A stretch of 64,000 bases of DNA, from the IMG/VR virus record IMGVR_UViG_3300035660_000005, positions 14,298 through 78,297 of that record. One strand, given 5' to 3'. The stretch comes from a virus. Positions within the stretch are counted from its first letter, which is position 1; each line of letters begins with the position of its first letter. The notes beneath the pieces were generated by a model. The model was not told the origin of the DNA. It ran no database searches and saw only the letters and a list, made by a program, of their open reading frames with translations. The position numbers and the translations under genes were made by a program. Positions 38,470 to 47,992 of the stretch are shown in pieces.

Positions 38470-39957
38470 TTACTCGTCCTCCACTGTCACGTTGCCGTCC
38501 ACGACGCGAGCGTCGTCAGCCATCGCGTCTCCGACCGTCACCCTCGCATCGCCGATCGCCACTCCGCCGGCTACCAACTTCACGTCGCCTACAGCGGCCC
38601 GTCCGCGCATCCGGATCAGTGGTGTCGGGAAGACCAGCGTCAGTGTAACTGGGGTCGGAGTCAGTTCCAGCAGCTTGTAAAGAAGTGGCACTGGCACGTC
38701 GATCCTAAGCGTCACTGGCTCGGGTTGTACAGTCAGGGCCTTGTAGACCGTCGGCTCCGGTAGTGTGAGCTCGATGCTGACGGCCCCTGGCGTGAGGGTC
38801 AACGACTTGGAGATCTCGATTGCCGGGAACGTGAGCTCGATTACGACCGAGTCGGGCGCGACGACTCGTGGTTCGTAGACCCAACCGCCCAGTCCCGCGT
38901 AGTGGTAGACCACACCGTTGGTGTTCACGAAGTCGTGTGTGCCGACCTCGAAGTTGGTGGTGAGGAACTCCTGGATGGCGTCAGCTACCGGTTCTGGTGC
39001 ATCGTTACATCGTGCACAGGCGTTAGAGGCCATCGTGTCGGTACGGAACATGCACTCGCGCGCAGTCTTCGGATCCTTCAACATCGTGAAGCGTGGGATA
39101 ACCTCGCCCAAGGTGACGATCCTGTCGTCTACGCCGTTACCAGGATACGAGCCCTGCTCAGCGATGTTTCCTCCGAGTAGGAGGTAACAGTACTCGGCAC
39201 CATCTTGGTTGAACAGGTGGCTCGTGCCCTCGACCGTGAAGCCGTCGACGTCGAGCGACTTGATGGATGTGCCGACGTAGGGGTCCGAGTCCTGTGCGCC
39301 AAAGAATGCCGCGGCCTCTCCCGCTGCAATGGACAGGGTTCGCCACATCGGTTGCACCCAGAAGCCACCTGTGCTCTTGAAGACTGCTCCGAACTTGGGC
39401 GCGAAGCCCGCTCCTGTGAACGAGCGCAGATCGGTCCCATCCCCGATGTACTTGTCGATTCGGATCCGACTTGGTACTTCTCGCAGTGCCAGAACGTGGT
39501 AGAGCTCACCCGCCTTGTTCGTGGCGATATCGAGCGCAACCGAAAAGCCGTCCACGTCAAGCGAGGTGATGAGGTTCGGATCAAGACCTCCAGCGCCGCC
39601 CAGCCACGCGGCCAAGCCAGCCGGAAAGTCCTTGTGCGAGAGAATCGGTGGCTCGGTAAGAAGAGTACTGTTGACGACGATCACGAACTGAGGTGGGAAG
39701 CCCACACCGGTAACGTGGTGGTCGCTGTGTCCAGTCCCCACGTAGGTCATCGTCTTGACACCAACAAGTCCACCCACGAACGCGGACGGCAGCACAAGGG
39801 GAATCGCTACCGGTGCAGGGGTGAGGATCTTCAGCCCGATCCAGACCAACGGCTCGGGCAGTGCGACGCCTATAACAACGGGATCCGGCAACAACGTCAG
39901 CGTCGCCACGCCGCAAGGCAGCATCTCGATAAGCCGGCGAGTCGTACCTCTAGCCAT
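38470..39957 (-). CDS. Virion fibre-like protein with three repeats
   Basis: Three Y.G.G...G.GF.P...DGF.V...N..G..Y repeats flanked by LTP..V.I.L..P stalk repeats. Confidence 0.65.
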   Translation of the reverse strand: MARGTTRRLIEMLPCGVATLTLLPDPVVIGVALPEPLVWIGLKILTPAPVAIPLVLPSAFVGGLVGVKTMTYVGTGHSDHHVTGVGFPPQFVIVVNSTLLTEPPILSHKDFPAGLAAWLGGAGGLDPNLITSLDVDGFSVALDIATNKAGELYHVLALREVPSRIRIDKYIGDGTDLRSFTGAGFAPKFGAVFKSTGGFWVQPMWRTLSIAAGEAAAFFGAQDSDPYVGTSIKSLDVDGFTVEGTSHLFNQDGAEYCYLLLGGNIAEQGSYPGNGVDDRIVTLGEVIPRFTMLKDPKTARECMFRTDTMASNACARCNDAPEPVADAIQEFLTTNFEVGTHDFVNTNGVVYHYAGLGGWVYEPRVVAPDSVVIELTFPAIEISKSLTLTPGAVSIELTLPEPTVYKALTVQPEPVTLRIDVPVPLLYKLLELTPTPVTLTLVFPTPLIRMRGRAAVGDVKLVAGGVAIGDARVTVGDAMADDARVVDGNVTVEDE

Positions 39958-39971
39958 GTGAACTCACCGCT

Positions 39972-40319
39972 TTACGCGTGCTGAAGGACCTTCCAGGGAA
40001 AGGCACGACCCGTCCCGAAGGTCTGCTTGAGCGTGAACCTGAGTGCACCGGCGTCAGTCAGCTCATTGGAGATTGGCACACTGATCTTGATCAGGTCGTC
40101 CGTCAACTGGACGCCCTGAAATGACCCAAGGTACGCCACGCGTCGCGTGCCACCTGTCAGGATCATCTGGTAGGCGCGCAACTCCAACACGTCGCCGGCC
40201 GCCATGTTGACCGTGTCCACGTGAAGTGTGAACGTGCCGGCCACGTTGACGTCCGCCAGAACGTGCTCGGTGGCGACCACCGCCGTCTGGGTGCCTTGTC
40301 CGAAAGCCGTTACAGCCAT
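39972..40319 (-). CDS. Virion accessory protein
   Basis: Beta-rich ORF in a coupled operon. Confidence 0.55.
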   Translation of the reverse strand: MAVTAFGQGTQTAVVATEHVLADVNVAGTFTLHVDTVNMAAGDVLELRAYQMILTGGTRRVAYLGSFQGVQLTDDLIKISVPISNELTDAGALRFTLKQTFGTGRAFPWKVLQHA

Positions 40320-40320
40320 G

Positions 40321-40875
40321 TTAGAACCCCGCTCTCAGTGAAAGGACAGGTATCGGAATGAAGTTGCTTGCATAGGTTGCACCCACCATTGGGTTCGGCA
40401 GTGGATAGGCGTTGGTCTGTTGGAGCATCGCGAGCACAGTCATGCACGAGCCACCGGGAAAGTAGGCGTAGGGCCACTTGGGGGAGACGCTAGAACACAC
40501 CATGGCCATGTAGTACCCACCAGGGTTGAGCTGGGTGTCCGCGATGTCGTAGGTCTGCCAGGTGTTGGTGCCGACCAGTGCGACGCCGCCGACGGACACC
40601 AACCGGTTGCCCCCCTTGTCGTAGATCCCCACGTCGACGTTACCGCCAAGATTGAGTGTGGCGATAAACCAAGCCAGTTCGCGGATGATGACCGTCCGAC
40701 AGATAACGAACGGGATGTAGAACGCCAGGTTGGTTGTCGGCCACGACGCCGACGTGCCCATGGCTCCGTAGTACTGCGGGCCGGACATCGCCATGATAGC
40801 CGCACCAATCGACTCCTGCGAGTAGGGGTGAATCGTCGGGAGTGGCCACGTGTCGGGGATCAGCGGAACATCCAT
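40321..40875 (-). CDS. Virion accessory protein, paralog 2
   Basis: GNVDVGIYD..GNRLVS motif shared with the upstream gene. Confidence 0.6.
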   Translation of the reverse strand: MDVPLIPDTWPLPTIHPYSQESIGAAIMAMSGPQYYGAMGTSASWPTTNLAFYIPFVICRTVIIRELAWFIATLNLGGNVDVGIYDKGGNRLVSVGGVALVGTNTWQTYDIADTQLNPGGYYMAMVCSSVSPKWPYAYFPGGSCMTVLAMLQQTNAYPLPNPMVGATYASNFIPIPVLSLRAGF

Positions 40876-41412
40876 TTAGATGATCCCCCTCGCACCCAGT
40901 CCGAACTTCCACACGCGGTCATTGGTGACGCGAACAACGGTGCCCATGATGGCTGGTAGTGGGAAGGCACTGCTCTGCTGGATCACGCCCATGCCCTGCT
41001 GGTACTGTGCATTGCCACTGATCTGGCCGAAGAACCGTTGCGTAGTGTTGTCGCAGGCAAGCGCGAGGTAGAACAGTCCGGGCCCGATGAGTGTATCCGC
41101 GACATCGACGACCTGTACGGTCTGCGTTCCAGAGGGAACAGTCGAACCGGTGCTGACCAAGCGCCGACCGTCGAACGTGTAGATGCCTACGTCCCAGTGG
41201 CCGCTGATCACGTCACCGTTACATGCCCACAGCGTGAGGACCAATAGTGGTGAGGCAAGTCGGAATGGGTAGTACAGCGCTCGGTTGGTAGAGCTCCAAG
41301 TTAGGGAGGCGCTAGCCGATCCCCAAGAACCGACTCCGCCCATGCTGCAGACCGAGCACGGATCGATGACGATCGGAAAGTCGAGCAGGGTGAGACCAGA
41401 CGGGTAGTCCAT
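40876..41412 (-). CDS. Virion accessory protein, paralog 1
   Basis: Start refined to MDYPSG; GHWDVGIYTFDGRRLVS. Confidence 0.6.
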   Translation of the reverse strand: MDYPSGLTLLDFPIVIDPCSVCSMGGVGSWGSASASLTWSSTNRALYYPFRLASPLLVLTLWACNGDVISGHWDVGIYTFDGRRLVSTGSTVPSGTQTVQVVDVADTLIGPGLFYLALACDNTTQRFFGQISGNAQYQQGMGVIQQSSAFPLPAIMGTVVRVTNDRVWKFGLGARGII

Positions 41413-41419
41413 GTCGTCC

Positions 41420-41860
41420 CTACGTGAGCTGCCCGAGCCCTTCAGCGTTCCACTGGAGGGCGATGATCCCACCGTTGCCGTCGAAGGGAAAGCCACCTGT
41501 GTCGATGAAGAACAAGAGGAGCGAGTGCGCGTCGTCGGTGACGAACTTGTAGATCACAAGACCGACACACTGTCGCGTTCCCACGCCGAGCGATGTCCAG
41601 GTCGCGTCCTCTGCATCCATCTCCGCCCGGTTGTTGGGGTCGTCCTCGTTCACGACCTGACCGGTCAGCACCTTACGGACGTAGTTGGCCCCGTCGTACT
41701 CGTCCAGTGTAGCGAGGTCACCGACGAACTGAGCGTCCTGTTCGGTGTCAGCTGTGGTGTTGCTCATGACGAGCAGCGCGCGGATGTCAGCGCCGGCCTC
41801 TTGCCAGTTCAGCTCGCCGCGCGCGATTGCTGCCTTGGCCGGTGTGTATGCAAAGCTCAT
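41420..41860 (-). CDS. Virion structural protein
   Basis: NYVRKVL...MDAEDATW...GNGGIIALQWNAEG pattern. Confidence 0.65.
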   Translation of the reverse strand: MSFAYTPAKAAIARGELNWQEAGADIRALLVMSNTTADTEQDAQFVGDLATLDEYDGANYVRKVLTGQVVNEDDPNNRAEMDAEDATWTSLGVGTRQCVGLVIYKFVTDDAHSLLLFFIDTGGFPFDGNGGIIALQWNAEGLGQLT

Positions 41861-42237
41861 GTCCCCTTACCTCCCGTAGAGTTGTTCACTGTATGCTTTC
41901 CGTGCCACCGGCTCGCACGCCACCACCAGTGTCCCGCCACAGCCGTGGCAACAGCAGCGGGCCATCCGTGCCAGAACACCTGCTCCAATGTGTCGCCACT
42001 GGGCCAGTGTGATACCAACGCTGCCCATCCCCATGGCCGGCCCGACTCCACTGCATGGTTCCAAAGGGCGATCCCCAGCCCACCGAACCCGATCGTGACT
42101 CCCCAGAAGAAGAGCACGAGCTCGAGGTATGGGCGCCAAGGGTGTTTGCGGAGCCACAAGAAGGACGCAGCGAGGATTGCGATGATGCCGAAGCACGTGG
42201 GCGTCATGACCCTCTCCTTGGTGAGTGGATTCTTCAT
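41857..42237 (-). CDS. Membrane protein (3 TM)
   Basis: Three hydrophobic segments. Confidence 0.55.
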   Translation of the reverse strand: MKNPLTKERVMTPTCFGIIAILAASFLWLRKHPWRPYLELVLFFWGVTIGFGGLGIALWNHAVESGRPWGWAALVSHWPSGDTLEQVFWHGWPAAVATAVAGHWWWRASRWHGKHTVNNSTGGKGT

Positions 42238-42333
42238 GCTGGTACGGCCTCCCGCTCCCTCACTGGAACCTCGGGCGGCGCCTCTTGCGGCACGTTAGGC
42301 ACGCGACGCACGACATAAGGGTTACCGACCCGC

Positions 42334-43902
42334 CTAGGCTCCTCGGTTGTCTTCCTGACTGGGGCTCTCGTTCCCACCTGGAATCTCTCCCGTCTCCATG
42401 ACCTCGCGGACGACCTCGTCGACCTGCTCCAGTCGAGTGAGCACAGCGTCCTGTGTGCGCTGCATCGCAGCCATCATGTCGACACTCTGAGCCATCGCCA
42501 TCGCCATCCCTGCGCCAGCAGCTCCCTTCGACTGGAGGTACTCGGCGAGTGTCACGTTCATGTCGTCACGGGCCGGCAGACCGAGCTTCTCGCGACCCTC
42601 GTTCAGCGTGACCATGTTAGTGCGCACAAGGTTCACGGCGTTGGCGATGTCCGCCGTCTCGTCGCTGACGTCAGGCGCCTCGAACTCTACGCGCCACGCC
42701 ACGGTCTCCTCATTGATCCGTCGTGCTCGAGCGTACTCGGTACGGATGAACCGTCCAAGTCGGTCGCAAAGAATGGACTGCGCCGGAGTCACGACGGCGT
42801 TCTTGTAGATGCGGTTGATGGCCACGCTGACGTTGCCACCAAGCATCCCGCGCTGGACGGTACCCAATCTGTCAGGAGGCATACGATGTGCCTCGAGGAT
42901 TCGTGCGTCGGTGACGTCCATGAGCTTGGTGAAGTGCATGTCGTTCTGTACGGCCGTCAGTCGTTCGACCTTGAACTGCGCGGTGCCCGACAACGGCACC
43001 ATGAGGTTACGGTGCGGGTCCTTGTGCTGGACCTTGAGCTGCTCTTCGAACTCGTCCATGAACGTCTCGATCTCTGCGTCCTTGCCGGTCAGTCCCGACA
43101 CGACGAAGATGTAGCGAGGCTCTCTCGCGTTGGAGAAGAACTTGATGTTATAGTCTCTCGCTGCGATTGCGAGCGTAATGTAGCCCACGCCCGAGATGTA
43201 GCCTGGAATCCCGTACCACGAATTGCGTCGACTCGTCTTCACGAACACCAGCATCTCGTTGGCGAGCTTGTCGAAGCCTGTGCCTGGGGGCGCTGTGCGA
43301 CCGTTGCTTGACAGTACTGCCACGTCACGCAACGGCTGTCCAGTGGACACGTCCACTCCCCACCGCTTGAACCAGACCTGCCGCGTGTTGCGGATCTGTA
43401 CGTAGAACATACCGTTCCGGTGTGCACGGACTGTGTGTGCCGGCACGTGGTACAGTCGTTGCACCACGCCATTGATGTCGCGTGCTGCCTCGAACATGCC
43501 CCACCCGACGGTCTCGTAGTCAAGCCAGACGGCGTTCAACAGTTCGATGAACGTCTGCTGCTCGGTGATCTCGTCCAGCCAGTTGTAGATGTCGGCTTCC
43601 TGTTCAGGAGGCGCGCTCTCGTGTTCGGGCACCAGCTTCGGCCCATTGGCGATCACATCCATGGCCTTCTGTTCTAGCGAGGCCGAGTGGGGAGGGTGGG
43701 ACTCTGCAAGGAGCACAAGCTGCTCCATGGAGTAGGGTGGCCTCTGAATTGCGACACCGTAGCTGGCGATCTGCGAGAACGGATCCTCTAGCAACTGCTT
43801 GGAGGGGAACTCGGACAGGCGCTCCAACTCTTCGCCGCCGTAGCCTCCGATGATGCGTGCCTTGAAGATCCTGCTACCCTGGGCCTCTGTTCGTGCGACC
43901 AT
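42334..43902 (-). CDS. Portal protein
   Basis: DYETVGWG, LYHVPAHTVR, WYGIP, FFSN, ILEAHRMPP and TLNEGREKLGL motifs. Confidence 0.92.
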   Translation of the reverse strand: MVARTEAQGSRIFKARIIGGYGGEELERLSEFPSKQLLEDPFSQIASYGVAIQRPPYSMEQLVLLAESHPPHSASLEQKAMDVIANGPKLVPEHESAPPEQEADIYNWLDEITEQQTFIELLNAVWLDYETVGWGMFEAARDINGVVQRLYHVPAHTVRAHRNGMFYVQIRNTRQVWFKRWGVDVSTGQPLRDVAVLSSNGRTAPPGTGFDKLANEMLVFVKTSRRNSWYGIPGYISGVGYITLAIAARDYNIKFFSNAREPRYIFVVSGLTGKDAEIETFMDEFEEQLKVQHKDPHRNLMVPLSGTAQFKVERLTAVQNDMHFTKLMDVTDARILEAHRMPPDRLGTVQRGMLGGNVSVAINRIYKNAVVTPAQSILCDRLGRFIRTEYARARRINEETVAWRVEFEAPDVSDETADIANAVNLVRTNMVTLNEGREKLGLPARDDMNVTLAEYLQSKGAAGAGMAMAMAQSVDMMAAMQRTQDAVLTRLEQVDEVVREVMETGEIPGGNESPSQEDNRGA

Positions 43903-43904
43903 GG

Positions 43905-44234
43905 TTAGTCGCCCTCCTGTCGTCGGGTTGTAGCGTAGTTATAGGTCCACTCGATGCACCACGCCAACAGCTCGATCTCCTCTTGCGTACCCAGCGGTCG
44001 CTGGTCTTCGACACAGATCTGGCGCAGTGCCAACGGACCGTGGGGGCCATCCAACGCAACGGCAACGGCGTACCGTGCACGTCGGCCCTTCACCCTCATG
44101 TGCACCTCCGATTGTACCACCTTGATCCCCTGTTGGGCCACCAGTATGGACGCCTCTTGGAGGCTGGAGACTAGCACGGACCTGGCATGGGCCCGTCTTC
44201 CGGCAGTGTACCTAGAGGGCATGAGTGTGGTCAA
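43905..44234 (-). CDS. Hypothetical protein
   Basis: ORF between terminase and portal. Confidence 0.45.
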   Translation of the reverse strand: MTTLMPSRYTAGRRAHARSVLVSSLQEASILVAQQGIKVVQSEVHMRVKGRRARYAVAVALDGPHGPLALRQICVEDQRPLGTQEEIELLAWCIEWTYNYATTRRQEGD

Positions 44235-44250
44235 CCCCCACGCTTGTCAC

Positions 44251-45660
44251 CTACAAACCCCGAGGCCTGTGTAGTCGACTGATCGTCCGCTTACCTCCAG
44301 CGATCTGCCACGCGAGAGCTAGTGTGCATATCTCATCCGGTGGGTGACCTGACCCGTAGAGGTCGTCCGTTGTGACCGCTCGATGTAGCTCCGTCAGTGA
44401 GTTCAACGCTGGCCATTCGACCTCGCCGTTGTCCACCGCCGTCTCGTAGTCGAGGTACAGCTTCACCTTCGACGCCGGCGTCATGATGTAGGGGGTCACC
44501 TGTGAGATGGGAATGTCAAGGTAGGTGTTGATTACGTCGCCGATGCCCGTGGCGTCGTGGATGGCGTGAGCGTGATACTCCTTGCCCCACTCGTTGTAGA
44601 GCTTCACCACTTTCGGCCATGGCCACCTGAAGCAACGCACCCAACGCACGAGACGTGGCGGCGTAACGTCGTACCGCACGACAGCCACGACCGAGAGGTC
44701 CACCTTGCGTGCCCAGTCCGCAGCCACCACGTAGTCACCGCCGTCCACCGGATCCTCGAACAGACACACCTGGTTGAGGCCGTCGTCGACAGGAGCGCCT
44801 GAGAACATCGCCTCAAGGGCTTCCCTCGCGAACAGCATTCCACCCTCGTCTGGGGCCTCGAGGTCGTACTCGGTACGCCACATCCGACCGGTCACCTGGA
44901 TGCGTTTGGAGGCGATGTTCTCGGGCAGAAGCCACGACCCAGGGTTCTTCGGGTTACACAACGTTTCCTTATAGCACCAGCGCCGGACGGGCCATCCCTT
45001 CTCAGCGGCGCGCTTGAGTAGCTCCGTCATCGTTCCGGCCTCGTGGTGGTGCGTGGACGCAAGGATGGTCTGTGCCGGTCTTCGCGGGTCGGTGACCATC
45101 GTCTGGCCCATCAGGGCGTCGATGATCTCGACGTCGCATTCTTCCGCCTCATCGATGCGTAGACGCTGAGGGTGAGGACCACGTGCGGCTCTCGATGACG
45201 CTGTGAGGGCTTGCATGGTGTTGCCCATGAGTGTGCGCGTCCACGTACGCCGAGGCTCGTTGGCCAAGAGCCAATGCGGCGCCGTGACAGCCTCGAGCTT
45301 GCCGTCGACCGTCTCCTCTGCGCTATGGCCCCAAGCCTTCTCAGCAGCTTCATGTGCACGCCTGGACTGTTCGCCCGAGCCGCCCGCCAACACGACGTCG
45401 AAGCCTGAGATGAGCTCGATGAGTGACAAGCCGGCCAAGGCCCACGTCTTGCCGCCAAAGCCTCTGGATGCAATCCAGATGATGATTGGCGACTTAGCGA
45501 AGTAGGCCTCGATGATGGCGTCGGCAGGACTCGTGTGGTCGGGGCAGCATGCCTTACGGGGATAGCGTAGACCGAAGTAGAGCTCTAGCTGGGCTAGCAA
45601 CTCGTGCGGAGTTTGGGGGGCTCGGTACACGACGGGCAGGTTGTCGTCGTTCGACGTCAC
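44251..45660 (-). CDS. Terminase large subunit
   Basis: ASRGFGGKT (Walker A), LRIDEAE (Walker B), AADWARKVD and DATGIG nuclease motifs. Confidence 0.9.
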   Translation of the reverse strand: MTSNDDNLPVVYRAPQTPHELLAQLELYFGLRYPRKACCPDHTSPADAIIEAYFAKSPIIIWIASRGFGGKTWALAGLSLIELISGFDVVLAGGSGEQSRRAHEAAEKAWGHSAEETVDGKLEAVTAPHWLLANEPRRTWTRTLMGNTMQALTASSRAARGPHPQRLRIDEAEECDVEIIDALMGQTMVTDPRRPAQTILASTHHHEAGTMTELLKRAAEKGWPVRRWCYKETLCNPKNPGSWLLPENIASKRIQVTGRMWRTEYDLEAPDEGGMLFAREALEAMFSGAPVDDGLNQVCLFEDPVDGGDYVVAADWARKVDLSVVAVVRYDVTPPRLVRWVRCFRWPWPKVVKLYNEWGKEYHAHAIHDATGIGDVINTYLDIPISQVTPYIMTPASKVKLYLDYETAVDNGEVEWPALNSLTELHRAVTTDDLYGSGHPPDEICTLALAWQIAGGKRTISRLHRPRGL

Positions 45661-45666
45661 CAGCTA

Positions 45667-45695
45667 ATCGTACCGCATCGAGGATGTGAAGTCAA
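45667..45695 (-). promoter_or_regulatory. Sigma70-type promoter for terL, probably leaderless
   Basis: TTGACT-N17-TACGAT ending 6 nt before the GTG start; no SD. Confidence 0.65.
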
Positions 45696-45818
45696 GCGAT
45701 CTTCTGATCCCGCACTGTTGTGTGTCGCCTGAGGTACGGTGTTAGCGTGTGGCTCGCTGTGCACGTCCCGCCAGCGTGCGTGTGGTCGGACGCGTTGGAG
45801 ATTACGTCGCCGTCTACT

Positions 45819-46367
45819 TTACTTACTCAACTGCAGGCGAGACGGCACGCCGTCCACTTCCTCGAGCGTCAGCACGTCAGGGACACCGACACGCTCAGTC
45901 TCCTCACGGAGTACCCGTCGGCATATGGCGGCGAAGAAGTCCCACTCGGGCTGTGGGATAGTGCGCTCAGGTGGGAACTTGACTACCTTGAGTCGGGATG
46001 TCGTCGCGTACATCAGTCCAGCCTCGGGAGGAACTTCGTCCGGTCGTACCAGGTCCTTCGGTGTCACGTAGTAGAAGTACTGGCAGAGGGCGAGGTATCG
46101 AGCCCTCTTGGAGGCTGTCTTTACGTCGTGCAGGAAGTCGGCTCGGCTCACCTTCACCTCGAAGCCGGTGGGTCGGTAACCTCCGCTCGGCCAGAGGTGG
46201 AAAGCCCACGCATCCAGCCGCCGCTCTACGTTCTGGCGGTCACTACCCTTCATCCAAGCGAGGCGGTTGTAGTTGTAGCCTGTTCCTGCACGGAGCTCAA
46301 GGAAGAAGGCCCATGCGGGTGGTCGGTAGTACCTGCGAAGCAGAGCGAGGATCTCGGCTGTGTTCAC
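45819..46367 (-). CDS. MmcB-like PD-(D/E)XK nuclease
   Basis: RRLDAW...GFEVKVSRADF...FYYVTP...AGLM. Confidence 0.8.
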   Translation of the reverse strand: MNTAEILALLRRYYRPPAWAFFLELRAGTGYNYNRLAWMKGSDRQNVERRLDAWAFHLWPSGGYRPTGFEVKVSRADFLHDVKTASKRARYLALCQYFYYVTPKDLVRPDEVPPEAGLMYATTSRLKVVKFPPERTIPQPEWDFFAAICRRVLREETERVGVPDVLTLEEVDGVPSRLQLSK

Positions 46368-46972
46368 GCTTGCGACTCCTCAACTGTGGGTGGTGTAAGC
46401 CGTCGTAGCGTGTCGGGTCGAAGTAGCAGCTTGTGCGCGACGCCCGACGCATCCACGACGATGACCATCGGCGTTGCTGGCTTGCCATCGTCGTCGCTGC
46501 CTACGCGCGTGGGCACTCGGTGGAGCTGTAGCAGGTCTTCGACGGCCGCCTCGTTCTTCATCAGCGCCTCAAGGATCTCGCGCTCAGCCTCTGCCCACTT
46601 CGGGTCGAGAGCGTTCTCTACCACCTCGCCGGGGATGGCTTGGCCATGCTCGTCCTTGCCTAAAGACGGACGACGCATGAAGGGTCTGGACTTCTCCAGT
46701 CCATCCAGACGTGCCCACAACTCTCTCGAGATGAGGTGCCGTGAAGCGAGTGCCTCAACGACTGCGTTGGCCGTCACCTCCACGACGATGCCGCGGAGCA
46801 GTTCGCGTGCGTGTGCGATGTCGATCCAGTACTGGGCCGGCGACACACCGATCAGGTCAGCCGCTTCGGGGCCAGGTGTGCGCTGCAGGTACAACTTCCA
46901 CGCTTGGATGATGCGCTCGAGCACTGTGTGGTCGTTGTACCAACGCTTCTTGTACGCTCGAGGCTTGGTCAT
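46364..46972 (-). CDS. Putative terminase small subunit
   Basis: N-terminal HTH (AADLIGVSPAQYWIDI), helical body, close to terL. Confidence 0.55.
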   Translation of the reverse strand: MTKPRAYKKRWYNDHTVLERIIQAWKLYLQRTPGPEAADLIGVSPAQYWIDIAHARELLRGIVVEVTANAVVEALASRHLISRELWARLDGLEKSRPFMRRPSLGKDEHGQAIPGEVVENALDPKWAEAEREILEALMKNEAAVEDLLQLHRVPTRVGSDDDGKPATPMVIVVDASGVAHKLLLRPDTLRRLTPPTVEESQA

Positions 46973-47412
46973 GGCCTCGTCCACGCAGGCATCCAGGGAT
47001 CGAAGACCAGTTCCCACCAGAAGCAAGGCCCACTCACAGAGGTCAAGCGCTTGTCCACGGTCTCGACGCGATGTAGCCAGAGCAGCGGCATCCCGAGTGC
47101 CAACGCTACGTCGCGCGCTCTCGGCCCCGCCGCCTCATCGTTGTAGCCTACCGTGATCATCGGAAGCATGCGCGCGTGCGAAGATCCGCCGGTGCAGACG
47201 CCTTGGCAGGACGAACCAGTTACGACGCCGGCCTCCCACAGTCCCCACACCAGCTCGTAGATGCCTGGATCAAGATGACAGTCGGCAGTAGAACAATCCT
47301 CCGGCGCATCAGGCGCGTGGTGCCGACAGTCGCCCCAGACGTCCGGCTCAAGCAGGGCATACCACAGACGGGCGAGTCGTCTCCGAAATGTCATGTTGAT
47401 CCACTGCTTCAT
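46969..47412 (-). CDS. Hypothetical protein
   Basis: LDPGI...GVVTGSSCQG motif; coupled to neighbours. Confidence 0.55.
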   Translation of the reverse strand: MKQWINMTFRRRLARLWYALLEPDVWGDCRHHAPDAPEDCSTADCHLDPGIYELVWGLWEAGVVTGSSCQGVCTGGSSHARMLPMITVGYNDEAAGPRARDVALALGMPLLWLHRVETVDKRLTSVSGPCFWWELVFDPWMPAWTRP

Positions 47413-47807
47413 GCTTCGATCTCCCTCAACGTAGCTGCAAGCGCCTCGCCATCCGAGCGCAGACGCACGTTCCATGCACAGTGCGGATAGTGGACAGCAG
47501 GTTCACCGTAGGGGAAGTCTCGACATACGGACGGTCGACGGCTGTGGATGATACACGCTGCCTTGCGTCGACCCTCGGCAGGTCTGAAGAACGAGCAGGC
47601 GTAAGTCCACACACCGTCAGAGTGTTGCGTTGGCACCAAGTTGCCGAACCAGATACTGACGTCGATGGAGCCGGGTGGGTCGCGGTACCACTCGCCCGCT
47701 AGTTCAAGCGGTGACAGTCCACCCAGACTGAAGCGCTGACAGCACTCACCACACCGGTTGCACTTGATGCGCTTGAACTCTTCCCTGGTGACCAACGGTC
47801 TCCTCAC
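47409..47807 (-). CDS. YkgJ-family (CxxCxxCC) Zn/Fe-S cluster protein
   Basis: CNRCGECC...CSFF...CIIHSRRPSVCRDFP. Confidence 0.85.
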   Translation of the reverse strand: MRRPLVTREEFKRIKCNRCGECCQRFSLGGLSPLELAGEWYRDPPGSIDVSIWFGNLVPTQHSDGVWTYACSFFRPAEGRRKAACIIHSRRPSVCRDFPYGEPAVHYPHCAWNVRLRSDGEALAATLREIEA

Positions 47808-47812
47808 GCAAC

Positions 47813-47992
47813 TCAGTCCTGCTTCGGGTGGCGAATCGCGTGCAGTTCGAGCAGCTGGGCCTCAGCGCGGATCTTGCGCGCCTTGGCCTGGATCCACGCT
47901 ACGGTGGCACCGATCAGTCCCACAGCGTTCAGGAACACCAGGGTCGCTGCGCAGGCCATAAGCACCTGGAACGGTAGGAAGTCATACCACAT
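47813..47992 (-). CDS. Small membrane protein (59 aa)
   Basis: Translated by hand: MWYDFLPFQVLMACAATLVFLNAVGLIG... Confidence 0.5.
   Translation of the reverse strand: MWYDFLPFQVLMACAATLVFLNAVGLIGATVAWIQAKARKIRAEAQLLELHAIRHPKQD

Noticed and set aside
40321-41412. Paralog pair as a diversity-generating retroelement template/variable repeat
   Set aside because: Similarity is at the protein level only, there is no adenine-specific near-identical repeat, and no reverse transcriptase is in the window.
45720-47156. Long plus-strand ORF (478 aa) and many similar antisense ORFs
   Set aside because: These are shadow frames of motif-bearing minus-strand genes in GC-rich DNA, with no RBS or recognisable motifs.
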